DNA of 26,319 bases from a virus (lineage: Duplodnaviria; Caudoviricetes). Below are positions 7,514-16,076 of the stretch, one piece after another; the first letter of the stretch is position 1, and each line of letters starts with the position of its first letter. The notes below the pieces were generated by a model, which made no database searches, was not told the origin of the DNA, and saw only the letters and a list, made by a program, of their open reading frames with translations. The position numbers were made by a program, and so were the translations under genes. The stretch lies in the IMG/VR virus record IMGVR_UViG_3300016722_000155, positions 1 to 26,319 of that record. The stretch is one strand, 5' to 3'.

Positions 7514-7883
7514 AATTCAATTAACTGGTTGGCTAACGGATAATCCGGATGTAAGGGCTACACGCAGCGGTAAGATGGTTGCTGATTTCACAATCGCTGT
7601 GCCGCGTATAACCAAGGATGCGCAGGGGAGAAGAGAAAAAGATTACATTAAATGTATCGTATGGGGACAGGCAGCAGACTATGCTTCAAAGTATCTGAAG
7701 AACAGGCAGCTTATCGGGGTATCAGGCAGGTTACAGATGCGTAGATATGAAGCAGATAATGGCAAAGTGCAGTATTTTACGGAAGTTGTTGTTGATCAAT
7801 TAGAACCTCTGAGCAAGGCTCCTGCTTTAGAAGAATCGCAGGAAGAGACAATGGGGGCCTTCGGTGAGGAAATACCTTTTTAA
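7506..7883 (+). CDS. ssb: Single-stranded DNA-binding protein
   Basis: MNKIQLTGWLTDNP...FTIAVPR...WG...VSGRLQ and acidic C-terminal EEIPF. Confidence 0.96.
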   Translation: MNKIQLTGWLTDNPDVRATRSGKMVADFTIAVPRITKDAQGRREKDYIKCIVWGQAADYASKYLKNRQLIGVSGRLQMRRYEADNGKVQYFTEVVVDQLEPLSKAPALEESQEETMGAFGEEIPF

Positions 7884-7910
7884 CTGGTTTGAAATAGAAA
7901 TACTATAAAT

Positions 7911-7950
7911 CGTCAAGCGTGGAGTGCTATTCTGCGTTTGGCGTTGTTTT
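7911..7950 (+). terminator. Terminator/attenuator-like hairpin between ssb and rep
   Basis: 14-bp stem 7911-7924/7930-7943 with several G-U pairs valid only on the + strand, then TTGTTTT. Confidence 0.55.
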
Positions 7951-7996
7951 GCAGAGGAAATAAACGCGTTTTCCTTCATTAAATAACGATTACAGC

Positions 7997-8043
7997 CAAG
8001 GGACTTGTCCCTTGTAGGCTTGTTACTATATATTAACTTGATG
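7997..8043 (+). other. Candidate double-strand origin (dso) for the HUH Rep
   Basis: Palindrome CAAGGGAC-TT-GTCCCTTG (7997-8014) followed by TATATTAACTTGAT, resembling the CTTG^AT nick motif of phiX174/pC194. Confidence 0.4.
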
Positions 8044-8059
8044 ACCGGGAGAGATAAAA

Positions 8060-8848
8060 ATGTATAAAAAGAAAACTTATATCTGTGGGCAAACGATTGA
8101 AGTAGAAAAAATATATACATGCCATTGTCACTCAAAAAACATTCACCGGTCAAAAAGAATAAATAAAACTAATGCGTTTGTGGAAAAACAAAATGCTAAA
8201 AATGCTTTTAAGAAATATCGCAGATTAGTTAATGCTAATTTTGAGCCTGCTGATTATCATATTGTTTTGCATTATGATAAATATCATAAAACTTTGGATG
8301 CCGAAATAGCTAAGAAAGATTTACAGAAATTTTTAAGAAGGTTAAGAACTATTCTAAAAAAACGTGGTAGAGAATTAAAATACGTTTGTGTTACTGAATA
8401 CGGCGAAAGATCTATCCATTACCATTTGATTATAAAAAATAATATAGAGCAAGATATTATAGCAATAGCATGGGAATGCGGCAGCACAAACTTCAGGCCG
8501 CTCAAACAAAACGGAGATTATAGTGAATTAGCCAGCTATCACATGAAGCAGGTAGAAGATAATCGCAGAGCAGGCAGAGGCGTGTTTGCCAAACGTTGGA
8601 CCCAATCAAGCAATCTTATTATTCCAGAAGCTGTAGTTGAGATAGTCAAGGCTGATTCTTGGCGTCAAGATCCTGTTGTACCAGCTGGATATATTTTAGT
8701 TCAAGACAGCTTGAGAGTTGGTGTATCTGAAATTACAGGATATCCATATCAGTATTACAGATTAGCAGCAATTCCTAAATTTAAAAATGTAAAAAGAAAA
8801 AGAAAGGAGCGTGACCATGGAAGCACTAGAGGAAAAGGTTATAAGTGA
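8060..8848 (+). CDS. rep: HUH-superfamily rolling-circle replication initiator
   Basis: Motif I-like HIVLHY, motif II IHYHLII (HUH) preceded by VTEYG, motif III LASYHMK (YxxK); directly follows ssb. Confidence 0.85.
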   Translation: MYKKKTYICGQTIEVEKIYTCHCHSKNIHRSKRINKTNAFVEKQNAKNAFKKYRRLVNANFEPADYHIVLHYDKYHKTLDAEIAKKDLQKFLRRLRTILKKRGRELKYVCVTEYGERSIHYHLIIKNNIEQDIIAIAWECGSTNFRPLKQNGDYSELASYHMKQVEDNRRAGRGVFAKRWTQSSNLIIPEAVVEIVKADSWRQDPVVPAGYILVQDSLRVGVSEITGYPYQYYRLAAIPKFKNVKRKRKERDHGSTRGKGYK

Positions 8849-9293
8849 TTTAAATCATTATTTGTTTTATGAAGATGCGATTAGGTATGCAGTTGGTGTT
8901 GCACGTTTGGAACAGGGCGCAGCACGTGGCGGTACTGTCGGTGGCAGCGGGCATGCCTTTATTAGTGACCCTACAGCATTGTTAGCAATGAAGCATACAG
9001 CTCCGCTTAAAAGTATTAAGATAGTTACTCAGGTTCATGGAGAAGAAACTATATGTAATCCGGAAGCATGGCTTAGAGTAATGGACAAGCTTTATCAGTT
9101 GTATGAATATCAGATGGCTGGCAAATGTATGCGCCAACGTTATATAAAACATGAGAGACCTATGCGAATAATGATACGCATGGGTATTAGTCAGCGCACA
9201 TATTACTACTGGAAAGATGAATTCATAAGAGACTTTGCAATGCTGGCAATACAGGAGAAGCTGATAGAGCCTAGGACTATTGTCAAAAGATAA
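8817..9293 (+). CDS. ArpU/RinA-like late transcription activator
   Basis: ISDPTA motif and C-terminal HTH MRIMIRMGISQRTYYYWK; last gene before the packaging module; AAGGAG SD. Confidence 0.75.
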   Translation: MEALEEKVISDLNHYLFYEDAIRYAVGVARLEQGAARGGTVGGSGHAFISDPTALLAMKHTAPLKSIKIVTQVHGEETICNPEAWLRVMDKLYQLYEYQMAGKCMRQRYIKHERPMRIMIRMGISQRTYYYWKDEFIRDFAMLAIQEKLIEPRTIVKR

Positions 9294-9298
9294 TATAA

Positions 9299-9339
9299 AA
9301 AAAGTGTTGCACTTTTTCTGTGTTTCCTCATGGTAAAAT
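9299..9339 (+). promoter_or_regulatory. Late promoter (extended -10 with upstream palindrome)
   Basis: TG-G-TAAAAT 9331-9339; AAAAAGTG-TTG-CACTTTTT palindrome containing TTGCAC at non-optimal 21-bp spacing, consistent with activator dependence. Confidence 0.55.
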
Positions 9340-9390
9340 ACTAGTGTCAGAATTATATAGTACAAGTTAATAAGCTTATTTCCTCCTTAA

Positions 9391-9427
9391 ATGGGGCGTG
9401 TGAATCATTGCACGCTCTATTTTATTT
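9391..9427 (+). terminator. Hairpin + T-tract in the late leader
   Basis: ATGGGGCGTGTGA-ATCA-TTGCACGCTCTAT with G-U pairs, then TTTATTT. Confidence 0.55.
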
Positions 9428-9485
9428 ACCTTGTGGAAGAGCTGATTATTATTGTCACACTAATAGGAAATAGGAGATAAGTCAT

Positions 9486-9788
9486 ATGGCACAAGATTTT
9501 GCTTTAGCGTTTTATCACAGTAAAGCGTGGCTTGAGTGCCGAGCAGGATATATTAATTCAGTGCTTGGACTATGTGAACACTGCCATAAGCAAGGCCTTA
9601 TAGTGCATCACATAGTTAAGCTAACACCTGAGAACATAAACAATCCAAACATAACGCTTGATTGGAGTAACCTTATGTATCTTTGCCTTGATTGCCATAA
9701 TGCAATTCATGCAGATAGATTAAGCACAAAAGAAAATTATTATTTTGATGAGAAAGGAAATTTATGCTATGCCCCCCTTAAAAAATAG
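9486..9788 (+). CDS. Packaging-associated HNH endonuclease (HK97 gp74-like)
   Basis: FYHSKAW...CEHC...VHH...NLMYLCLDCHNAIH; directly upstream of terS. Confidence 0.92.
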   Translation: MAQDFALAFYHSKAWLECRAGYINSVLGLCEHCHKQGLIVHHIVKLTPENINNPNITLDWSNLMYLCLDCHNAIHADRLSTKENYYFDEKGNLCYAPLKK

Positions 9789-9856
9789 TGGTGTGTCCGT
9801 AAAAGCAGTACCGCGCTTATACCTTCGAAAAATACACAAGGCGCGCGCAAGGGGGG
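9772..9856. other. Candidate cos region
   Basis: Nested inverted repeats CCCCCCTT/AAGGGGGG and GTGTGT/ATACAC, both centred on position 9814, between HNH and terS. Confidence 0.6.
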
Positions 9857-9876
9857 GTGGTCATGGAGGTGAGGTA

Positions 9877-10326
9877 ATGCCCATAGAAAAAACAGTAAAA
9901 AAAATAAAGACTTCTAATAATGCCGCAAAAAATTTGCCAGTAAAAAAATCGGTTACCAAGAAATCCGCAAAGTTGGAAAAAGATGTGCGTATTGATAAGG
10001 AACGGCGCAGACTTACGACTATTTTTACAAAAATTGAGCAAAATACCAAAAAAGTGACGGTTGAACTAATAAAAAACGCTGCTTTTTTGGCAATAATACT
10101 GCAAGATTTGCAAGAATCAATCAAAAAAACAGGTACTATGACTAAATATAGAAATAGTGCCACGCAATATGGCCAACGGATAAATCCTGATGTCCAAGCC
10201 TATAATTTAATGGTTAAAAACTACACTGCCACCATAAAACAGTTGACGGACTTTCTCCCAAAGGATGAAGTAAATAAAGTTAAAAAGGATACTGCGGTTG
10301 AAAACTTCATCAACTCAAGAGATTAA
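9877..10326 (+). CDS. terS: Terminase small subunit (P27-like)
   Basis: LIKNAAF...LQESIKKTG...INP..Q.YN pattern; GGAGGTGAGG SD before ATG 9877; position before terL. Confidence 0.85.
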   Translation: MPIEKTVKKIKTSNNAAKNLPVKKSVTKKSAKLEKDVRIDKERRRLTTIFTKIEQNTKKVTVELIKNAAFLAIILQDLQESIKKTGTMTKYRNSATQYGQRINPDVQAYNLMVKNYTATIKQLTDFLPKDEVNKVKKDTAVENFINSRD

Positions 10327-11986
10327 TCCGGTTAGGGAATACTGGCAACAGATTCAAGGCGGGCTTGTAGTTTCAAAGAAAATTCGTGCCATATATAAAA
10401 AGCTTGTGCAGGACATGGACAATCCTGAGTGCATTTGGGAATACAACGAGCGCCGTGCGAATCACGCTATTTTATTTATTGAAACCTATTGCAGACACTC
10501 CAAAGGCAAACAGGGCGGCAAGCCGTTCATTTTAGAACTATGGCAAAAAGCGGCTATTGCGGCAACCTTTGGCTTTGTTCATAAGATAGATAAGGTGCGA
10601 AGGTTTCTTGAGGTAATCTTAGACGTTGCTAGAAAAAATGGGAAATCCACATTGGCGGCGGCTGTAGGTATTTATTTAATGATTGCCGATGGTGAGGCAG
10701 GTGCGGAGATATATGCGGTGGCGACAAAGCGTGATCAGGCTAAAATAATTTGGCTGGAAGCAAAACGCATGATCAAGAAGTCACCGGAGCTTCGCACGAT
10801 GATTAAGTGTTTGGTTGGCGAAATAGTTAGCGACTTTAACGATTCAAGTTTTAAACCATTGGGTTCAGATAGTGAAACATTAGATGGTCTTAATGTTCAC
10901 GGTGGCATGCTTGATGAAATTCATGCATGGAAGGATAGAAATTTATATGACGTTGTAAAAGACGGTACTACTTCACGTGAACAACCGCTTATCTTTGTCA
11001 CTACTACTGCCGGCACAGTTCGTGACGGTATTTACGACATAAAATATGAGGAAGCAGAGAGGGTTATAGCAGGTTATGAATCGGGTGAAGAAATCAATGA
11101 GCGCATGCTGCCTCTTTTCTATGAACTTGATTCAAGAGACGAATGGACTGATCCTAAATGTTGGCCAAAGGCAAACCCGGGGTTAGGAACTATAAAAAAT
11201 ACGAATCAGCTGGAAGCCAAAGTAAAGGCTGCTAAGCTGAATTTTTTATTGGTTAAAAATTTGCTCTGCAAAGATTTTAATATCAGGGAAACATCCACTG
11301 ATGCATTTTTAAACTATGAACAGCTAAACAACGAAGCCAAGTTCGCAATAGAAAACCTGTTTCCAAGACCACGCTATGCCTTTGGTGGTGTAGACCTTTC
11401 AGAAACCACAGACTTAACTGCTGCGGTAATTCTATTCAAAACGGCTATTGATTCGCCTGTATATATATTGAGCCAGTTTTGGCTACCGGAAGACTTGTTG
11501 GAAAAACGGGCAAAAGAAGATAAGATTCCCTACGATATTTGGGTAAAGGCAGGATTAATGAGGACCACGCCGGGTAATAAGCTTCATCCTAAATTCATAA
11601 CGCAGTGGATGGAAGAAGTGCAAAGCCAATATAACCTTTGCTTTTTAAATATCGGTTATGACGCTTGGGGTGCAAAATATTGGTTGGAAGAGATGTCCCA
11701 AACCTTTGGACCGGCAACTATGGAGCAGGTTATTCAGGGTAAGAAAACGCTTTCTCAGCCCATGAAAACACTCAAAGCTGACTTGGAAGCCAAAAAAATC
11801 ATATATAACAATCATCCAATCTTGAAATGGAACATGGCTAATGTGAATGTGGATATAGACAAGAACGGTAATATCCAGCCAATAAAAGGTAGAAACCAAA
11901 GGTTAAGGATAGACGGCTTCGCAGCTCTTTTGAATGCGTATGTCGTTTATCAAAATCATATGGAAGAATATAACACGTGCTTATAA
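10298..11986 (+). CDS. terL: Terminase large subunit
   Basis: LELWQ, ARKNGKST Walker A, MLDE Walker B, GVDLS and RIDG nuclease motifs; exact start uncertain. Confidence 0.97.
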   Translation: MKTSSTQEINPVREYWQQIQGGLVVSKKIRAIYKKLVQDMDNPECIWEYNERRANHAILFIETYCRHSKGKQGGKPFILELWQKAAIAATFGFVHKIDKVRRFLEVILDVARKNGKSTLAAAVGIYLMIADGEAGAEIYAVATKRDQAKIIWLEAKRMIKKSPELRTMIKCLVGEIVSDFNDSSFKPLGSDSETLDGLNVHGGMLDEIHAWKDRNLYDVVKDGTTSREQPLIFVTTTAGTVRDGIYDIKYEEAERVIAGYESGEEINERMLPLFYELDSRDEWTDPKCWPKANPGLGTIKNTNQLEAKVKAAKLNFLLVKNLLCKDFNIRETSTDAFLNYEQLNNEAKFAIENLFPRPRYAFGGVDLSETTDLTAAVILFKTAIDSPVYILSQFWLPEDLLEKRAKEDKIPYDIWVKAGLMRTTPGNKLHPKFITQWMEEVQSQYNLCFLNIGYDAWGAKYWLEEMSQTFGPATMEQVIQGKKTLSQPMKTLKADLEAKKIIYNNHPILKWNMANVNVDIDKNGNIQPIKGRNQRLRIDGFAALLNAYVVYQNHMEEYNTCL

Positions 11987-12001
11987 AAGGGGGAATGGAA
12001 C

Positions 12002-13210
12002 TTGAGCATCTTTAACAAAGTAAAACGATTTTTTAATAAAAATCCTGCCGTTGTGCGCTATGAGCTTTTCAGGGACGTTGGCAGTGGGATTTATGCTTGG
12101 AACGGCAAATTGTTCAGGTCAGAGCTTTTGCGGTCAACATCAAGGCCTTTTGCCTCAGCAGTAAGCAAGCTGCAGGCCAAGCATTTAAGGATTACGGTAA
12201 AAGCCAATGAGGACGGTACCACAAAAACAGTCATACAAGAAAATCCTGATCTATATTTAAAAATCCTTCTAGAAGAGCCGAATCCCTTGATGTGTGCCCA
12301 GCAATTTCAGGAGAAAATTTCCTTTCAGTATTTCCTGAATAATAACGCCTTTATTTATATAAATCGGGATAGTAATGGTTACGCAATGGAACTTTACCCT
12401 ATTGATGCCACAAGTGTTAATCCTGTTTGGGACACGCAAATGAATTTATTCTTACGCTTTTATATGGCTAATGGCAAGGTTTGTACCTATAGCTATGACG
12501 ACATTATTCATTTGCGCAAAGACTTTGCTGACAACGATATATTTGGTTCAGATAACGCAAGAATTTTGCAACCGCTTATGGATGTTGTGGCGGCGACTGA
12601 CCAAAGCGTTATTAATGCTATTAAAAATTCAGGGATTATAAAATGGCTTTTAAAGTTTAACCGCAACCGCACTCCGGAAGATTTGAAAAGTGATTCAAAA
12701 GCTTTTGCGAATAACTTTTTAAATACTACGGAATCAGGTGACGGTTCTGTAGGCGTTGCCGCTACGGATGCAAACAGCGAGGCAAAGCAGATAGATCCAA
12801 AAGATTATGTGCCAAACGCACTTATCATGAAGCAGAACACAGAGCGTGTTTATGCGTACTTTAACACTAATGCAAAGATTGTAAATTCAACATGGAATGA
12901 AGACGAATGGAATGCCTACTACGAAGCTGTAATTGAGCCTTTTGCCATACAGCTTAGCCAGGAATTTACAAGAAAGATTTTTAACCGTCGTGAAAGAGGG
13001 TTTGGAAATAAAATCGTATTCGATGCCACTAACCTTGCTTGCGCGTCTATTACGACAAAGCTTGCTTTCGTTGCCATGGTTGATAGAGGTGCAATGTCTC
13101 CCAACGAATGGCGTAAAATAATGAACCAGTCACCTATTGACGGTGGGGATGTCTATTTGCGAAGGAAGGACACAGGCACAGTTAAAGACGGACAAGGAGG
13201 GGGTGAATGA
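12002..13210 (+). CDS. HK97-family portal protein
   Basis: EPNPLM, NNAFIYI, DIIHLR, GAMSPNEWR...PIDGGD motifs; position. Confidence 0.95.
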   Translation: MSIFNKVKRFFNKNPAVVRYELFRDVGSGIYAWNGKLFRSELLRSTSRPFASAVSKLQAKHLRITVKANEDGTTKTVIQENPDLYLKILLEEPNPLMCAQQFQEKISFQYFLNNNAFIYINRDSNGYAMELYPIDATSVNPVWDTQMNLFLRFYMANGKVCTYSYDDIIHLRKDFADNDIFGSDNARILQPLMDVVAATDQSVINAIKNSGIIKWLLKFNRNRTPEDLKSDSKAFANNFLNTTESGDGSVGVAATDANSEAKQIDPKDYVPNALIMKQNTERVYAYFNTNAKIVNSTWNEDEWNAYYEAVIEPFAIQLSQEFTRKIFNRRERGFGNKIVFDATNLACASITTKLAFVAMVDRGAMSPNEWRKIMNQSPIDGGDVYLRRKDTGTVKDGQGGGE

Positions 13211-13896
13211 TTTTGAAAAGACTAAAAATTGGCGGCGTTATAATTCCTAACGACTATCAAGACGTGTACGACTGGTTCGGTCTCGAAGCTACGTCTCCCA
13301 AAAAAGTAGCAGCTTTTTTAGCAGATGCTAATGGCGAAGATGTAACGCTGGAGATAAATTCAGGCGGTGGGTTTGTTACTTCCGGTTCTGAAATATACAC
13401 TTTGCTAAAATCCTATAATGGCAGAACCATTGCAGAAATTATGGGCATGGCGGCAAGTGCCGCTAGTATTATTGCTATAGGATGCTCAATAGTGACTATG
13501 TCTCCTACAGCCATGTTTATGATACATAATGTGGCCACAGTAGCAGAGGGTGACTACAGGGCTTTAGAAAAAGAAGCAAATGTTTGTAAGGGTTTTAACC
13601 AATCACTTGCTAATGCGTATAGGCTAAAGACCGGTAAGAGCGAAGCAGAATTGCTGAGTCTCATGGACCAGGAAACATGGCTTACTGCACAAAAAGCAAA
13701 AGAACTGGGGTTTGTTGATGAAATCATGTTTGATAAAGAAAATCTTTTGGTTGCAAGCATCGGCAATATACTACCGATTGAAGCAATAAATAAAGTCAAA
13801 AATATTTTGGCTGAACAAAAAAATGAAAAGGAAAACAAAGAAAAAGCGCAGACGTTGGCTGTTGAAGCCGAACGTATAGCGCTTTTATCTTTGTAA
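13207..13896 (+). CDS. ClpP-type prohead maturation protease
   Basis: INSGGG, MAASAAS (Ser), MIHN (His), ETWLTAQKAKELGFVDEI. Confidence 0.95.
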   Translation: MILKRLKIGGVIIPNDYQDVYDWFGLEATSPKKVAAFLADANGEDVTLEINSGGGFVTSGSEIYTLLKSYNGRTIAEIMGMAASAASIIAIGCSIVTMSPTAMFMIHNVATVAEGDYRALEKEANVCKGFNQSLANAYRLKTGKSEAELLSLMDQETWLTAQKAKELGFVDEIMFDKENLLVASIGNILPIEAINKVKNILAEQKNEKENKEKAQTLAVEAERIALLSL

Positions 13897-13913
13897 AAAT
13901 GGGAGGGCAAAAA

Positions 13914-15143
13914 ATGAACAAAGAAGAATACCAGGCAAAACGTACTGCCTTAATGGCAGAAGCAAAGGCGGCAATTAATGCCGGTGATGTAGAAAAAGCA
14001 AAAGAAAAGCGTGAAGCAGTTGAAAAGCTTGATTCTGATTTTGAGGCATTTACAAAAGAACTTGCCAATCAGGAAGCTTTAGAAAAACGCCAGGTTCTCA
14101 ATATGGGTAAAAAGAGCGTAGCTATTGAAAATGGTCTGGAAGACGAAGGAATGGGAGATGGAAAAGTGGACGAAAAGAAATTATATGAAAATGCTTTTGC
14201 CAAACATTTAATGGGCATTGCCATGAGCAATGATGAGCAAAGAGTCTTTGGCAATGTGATGGAAGCATTTAAACAAAGAAGTAACGAGGCTATAACTACG
14301 AAAGGAGTTTTAGTTCCGGAAACCGTACTGGCTGGAATTTGGAAAGAAATGGGCGAGAACCATTCAATCATTGCGGATGTAGGTATTACTAAAATACCTG
14401 GGGCAGTTTCTGTAATCAGAAATACCGTAGAAGGTGATGATGGCGAATGGTATGACGAAGCAACTGTTGTTGCTGATGGTGCTTTGGATTTTGACAAGCT
14501 GGAATTAAGTGGGTGTGAGTTGGCCAAAGATATTACGGTTACTTTCAAAATGAAAAAGATGTCTATTGATGCCTTTATTCCATATATCACTAGCCTGATT
14601 GCTGAAAAGATGGGTAACGCTTTGGCAAATGCTTTTATAAACGGTAAAGGCAAAGCCGGCAATAACGATACTTTTAAAGACCAACCTTCCGGGATTATCA
14701 CAGCATTAAATGCCGAAGAAAACACTCCGCAAATTAAGACATATACGGCAAGTATGGTCTATAAAGATATTACAGGAATGTTTGCACTATTAAAATCAGG
14801 CTATAAAACCGGTGCTAAAGTTTATGCACGAAACACTTCCATTTGGAATGACTTAGCTAATATAGTAAACGCCAACGGAAATCCAATATTTGTTCCGGAC
14901 CCAACAGGCTCAACTATTGGTCGTTTATTCGGTACCCCAGTAACGGAGGAAGGATTCGTTCCGGAAGGTGCTTTATTGCTTGCAAACGCCGGTAAGGGTT
15001 ATGCGGCAAATGCCAATGAAGATATCAGTATCAACTATGAGGACCATTTAAAATCTCGCACTACCGATTACATGGGTTATGCCTTGGTAGATGGCGGCGT
15101 TATTACCACGAAAGCCTTTGTGTTGTTAAAAAAATCAGTTTAA
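13914..15143 (+). CDS. HK97-fold major capsid protein
   Basis: N-terminal coiled-coil delta domain, GVLVPE, FINGKG...PSGI, GRLFGTPV, KAFVLL; GGGAGGG SD before ATG 13914. Confidence 0.95.
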   Translation: MNKEEYQAKRTALMAEAKAAINAGDVEKAKEKREAVEKLDSDFEAFTKELANQEALEKRQVLNMGKKSVAIENGLEDEGMGDGKVDEKKLYENAFAKHLMGIAMSNDEQRVFGNVMEAFKQRSNEAITTKGVLVPETVLAGIWKEMGENHSIIADVGITKIPGAVSVIRNTVEGDDGEWYDEATVVADGALDFDKLELSGCELAKDITVTFKMKKMSIDAFIPYITSLIAEKMGNALANAFINGKGKAGNNDTFKDQPSGIITALNAEENTPQIKTYTASMVYKDITGMFALLKSGYKTGAKVYARNTSIWNDLANIVNANGNPIFVPDPTGSTIGRLFGTPVTEEGFVPEGALLLANAGKGYAANANEDISINYEDHLKSRTTDYMGYALVDGGVITTKAFVLLKKSV

Positions 15144-15412
15144 CGGTAGCCCCTGAATCTGCAACATTCAGTAAGGCCGCGGCGGCTGATGTTGTGGTTA
15201 CCGTAAGCGGTGCGCCCGCTACGCTGTCAAATTTGAAAAATAGCAACAGTAATGTAAATACCGAAAATTACACCTTTGCAAATAATGTTTTAACAATCAA
15301 ATCGGCTTATTTGGCGTTGCAAAGTAACGGTGAAAAGACTTTCACCCTTTCCGTGGTTGTTGGCGATGGAGATGTAGTTGACTTCGTTATCGCGGTAACG
15401 GTGGGTGATTAA
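15128..15412 (+). CDS. -1 frameshift extension of the capsid protein: Ig-like, CBM X2-like domain
   Basis: In-frame A-AAA-AAA slippery heptamer 15128-15134; -1 frame reads ISLTVAPESATFSKAAAADVVVTV...YTFANNVLTIKSAYLA... to TAA 15412; GTG 15194 has no clear SD. Confidence 0.8.
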   Translation, partial: KKISLTVAPESATFSKAAAADVVVTVSGAPATLSNLKNSNSNVNTENYTFANNVLTIKSAYLALQSNGEKTFTLSVVVGDGDVVDFVIAVTVGD

Positions 15413-15414
15413 TC

Positions 15415-15735
15415 ATGGCGGCAGTAACGCTTGATGAAGTAAAACTTTATCTTCGTGTAGATTACGATGAGGAAGATGCAACCATAGCGGGACTAATGGA
15501 AGCGGCAACAGCCTTGATAAAGGAACAGGCCGGTAAAAACAAAAAAGTTTTAAGCGTTAATGGCGAAGTTATTGAGTCACCATTGGAAGACTTACCCTTG
15601 TTTCAAACCTGTGTTAAGCAGCTTGTTGCACATTGGTTTGAACGTCGTGGCGCCCAGGGTTTGCAGCAACAAAGTTTGCCGTTCAGTGTTGACATGATAA
15701 TTGACCATTTTAAGTTGTCCTATGACTATCAATAA
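15415..15735 (+). CDS. Head-tail connector (gp6-like)
   Basis: VTLDEVKLYLRVDYDEEDATI...LVAHWFERR. Confidence 0.92.
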   Translation: MAAVTLDEVKLYLRVDYDEEDATIAGLMEAATALIKEQAGKNKKVLSVNGEVIESPLEDLPLFQTCVKQLVAHWFERRGAQGLQQQSLPFSVDMIIDHFKLSYDYQ

Positions 15736-15743
15736 GAAAAGGG

Positions 15744-16073
15744 GTGACTGCAATGTTAATCGGGGATTTAGACAAACGCATAATAATTAAGGAACCTGTG
15801 GACGTCCCCGATGGGCAAGGTGGACGGAAAAATGATTGGTTAACCAAATACACAGTATGGGCAAGTATAAAAGCTCCAAGGACAAATACGGCTGTGGTTA
15901 AAGGGGCTGTGTCAAGTGAAATGACTCATGAAATAACTATACGCAAAAAGGATGATGTTGTAGCTGGCTATAAAGTATTTCATAAAAAGCATGAGTATGA
16001 TGTTTTGCACAGTTACGAGGATTTTTACAATGGTACAGTGTTACAGTGCCGAGAAATTATAAAGAGGTCTTAG
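15744..16073 (+). CDS. Head closure protein (SPP1 gp16-like)
   Basis: IGDLDKRIII...DGQGG...W...VWASI...THEITIR; ATG 15753 is an alternative start. Confidence 0.9.
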   Translation: MTAMLIGDLDKRIIIKEPVDVPDGQGGRKNDWLTKYTVWASIKAPRTNTAVVKGAVSSEMTHEITIRKKDDVVAGYKVFHKKHEYDVLHSYEDFYNGTVLQCREIIKRS

Positions 16074-16076
16074 GTT

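Noticed and set aside
8982-9365. Minus-strand 127-aa ORF using AAGGAGG at 9388-9382
   Set aside because: The SD is about 16 nt from the TTG, the ORF is antisense to the ArpU-like gene and the protein has no recognisable features
9745-9876. Long N-terminal extension of terS
   Set aside because: Runs across the HNH stop and the cos-like region; a strong SD supports ATG 9877
14069-14725. Long antisense ORF in the capsid gene, and similar shadow ORFs (584-811, 2312-2626, 13554-13910, 16884-17318, 17988-18404, 19137-19505)
   Set aside because: Antisense shadows of real genes, without SD or recognisable motifs
15194-15412. Independent 72-aa gene
   Set aside because: No clear SD and the domain-like sequence begins upstream of the GTG; better explained as a capsid frameshift extension
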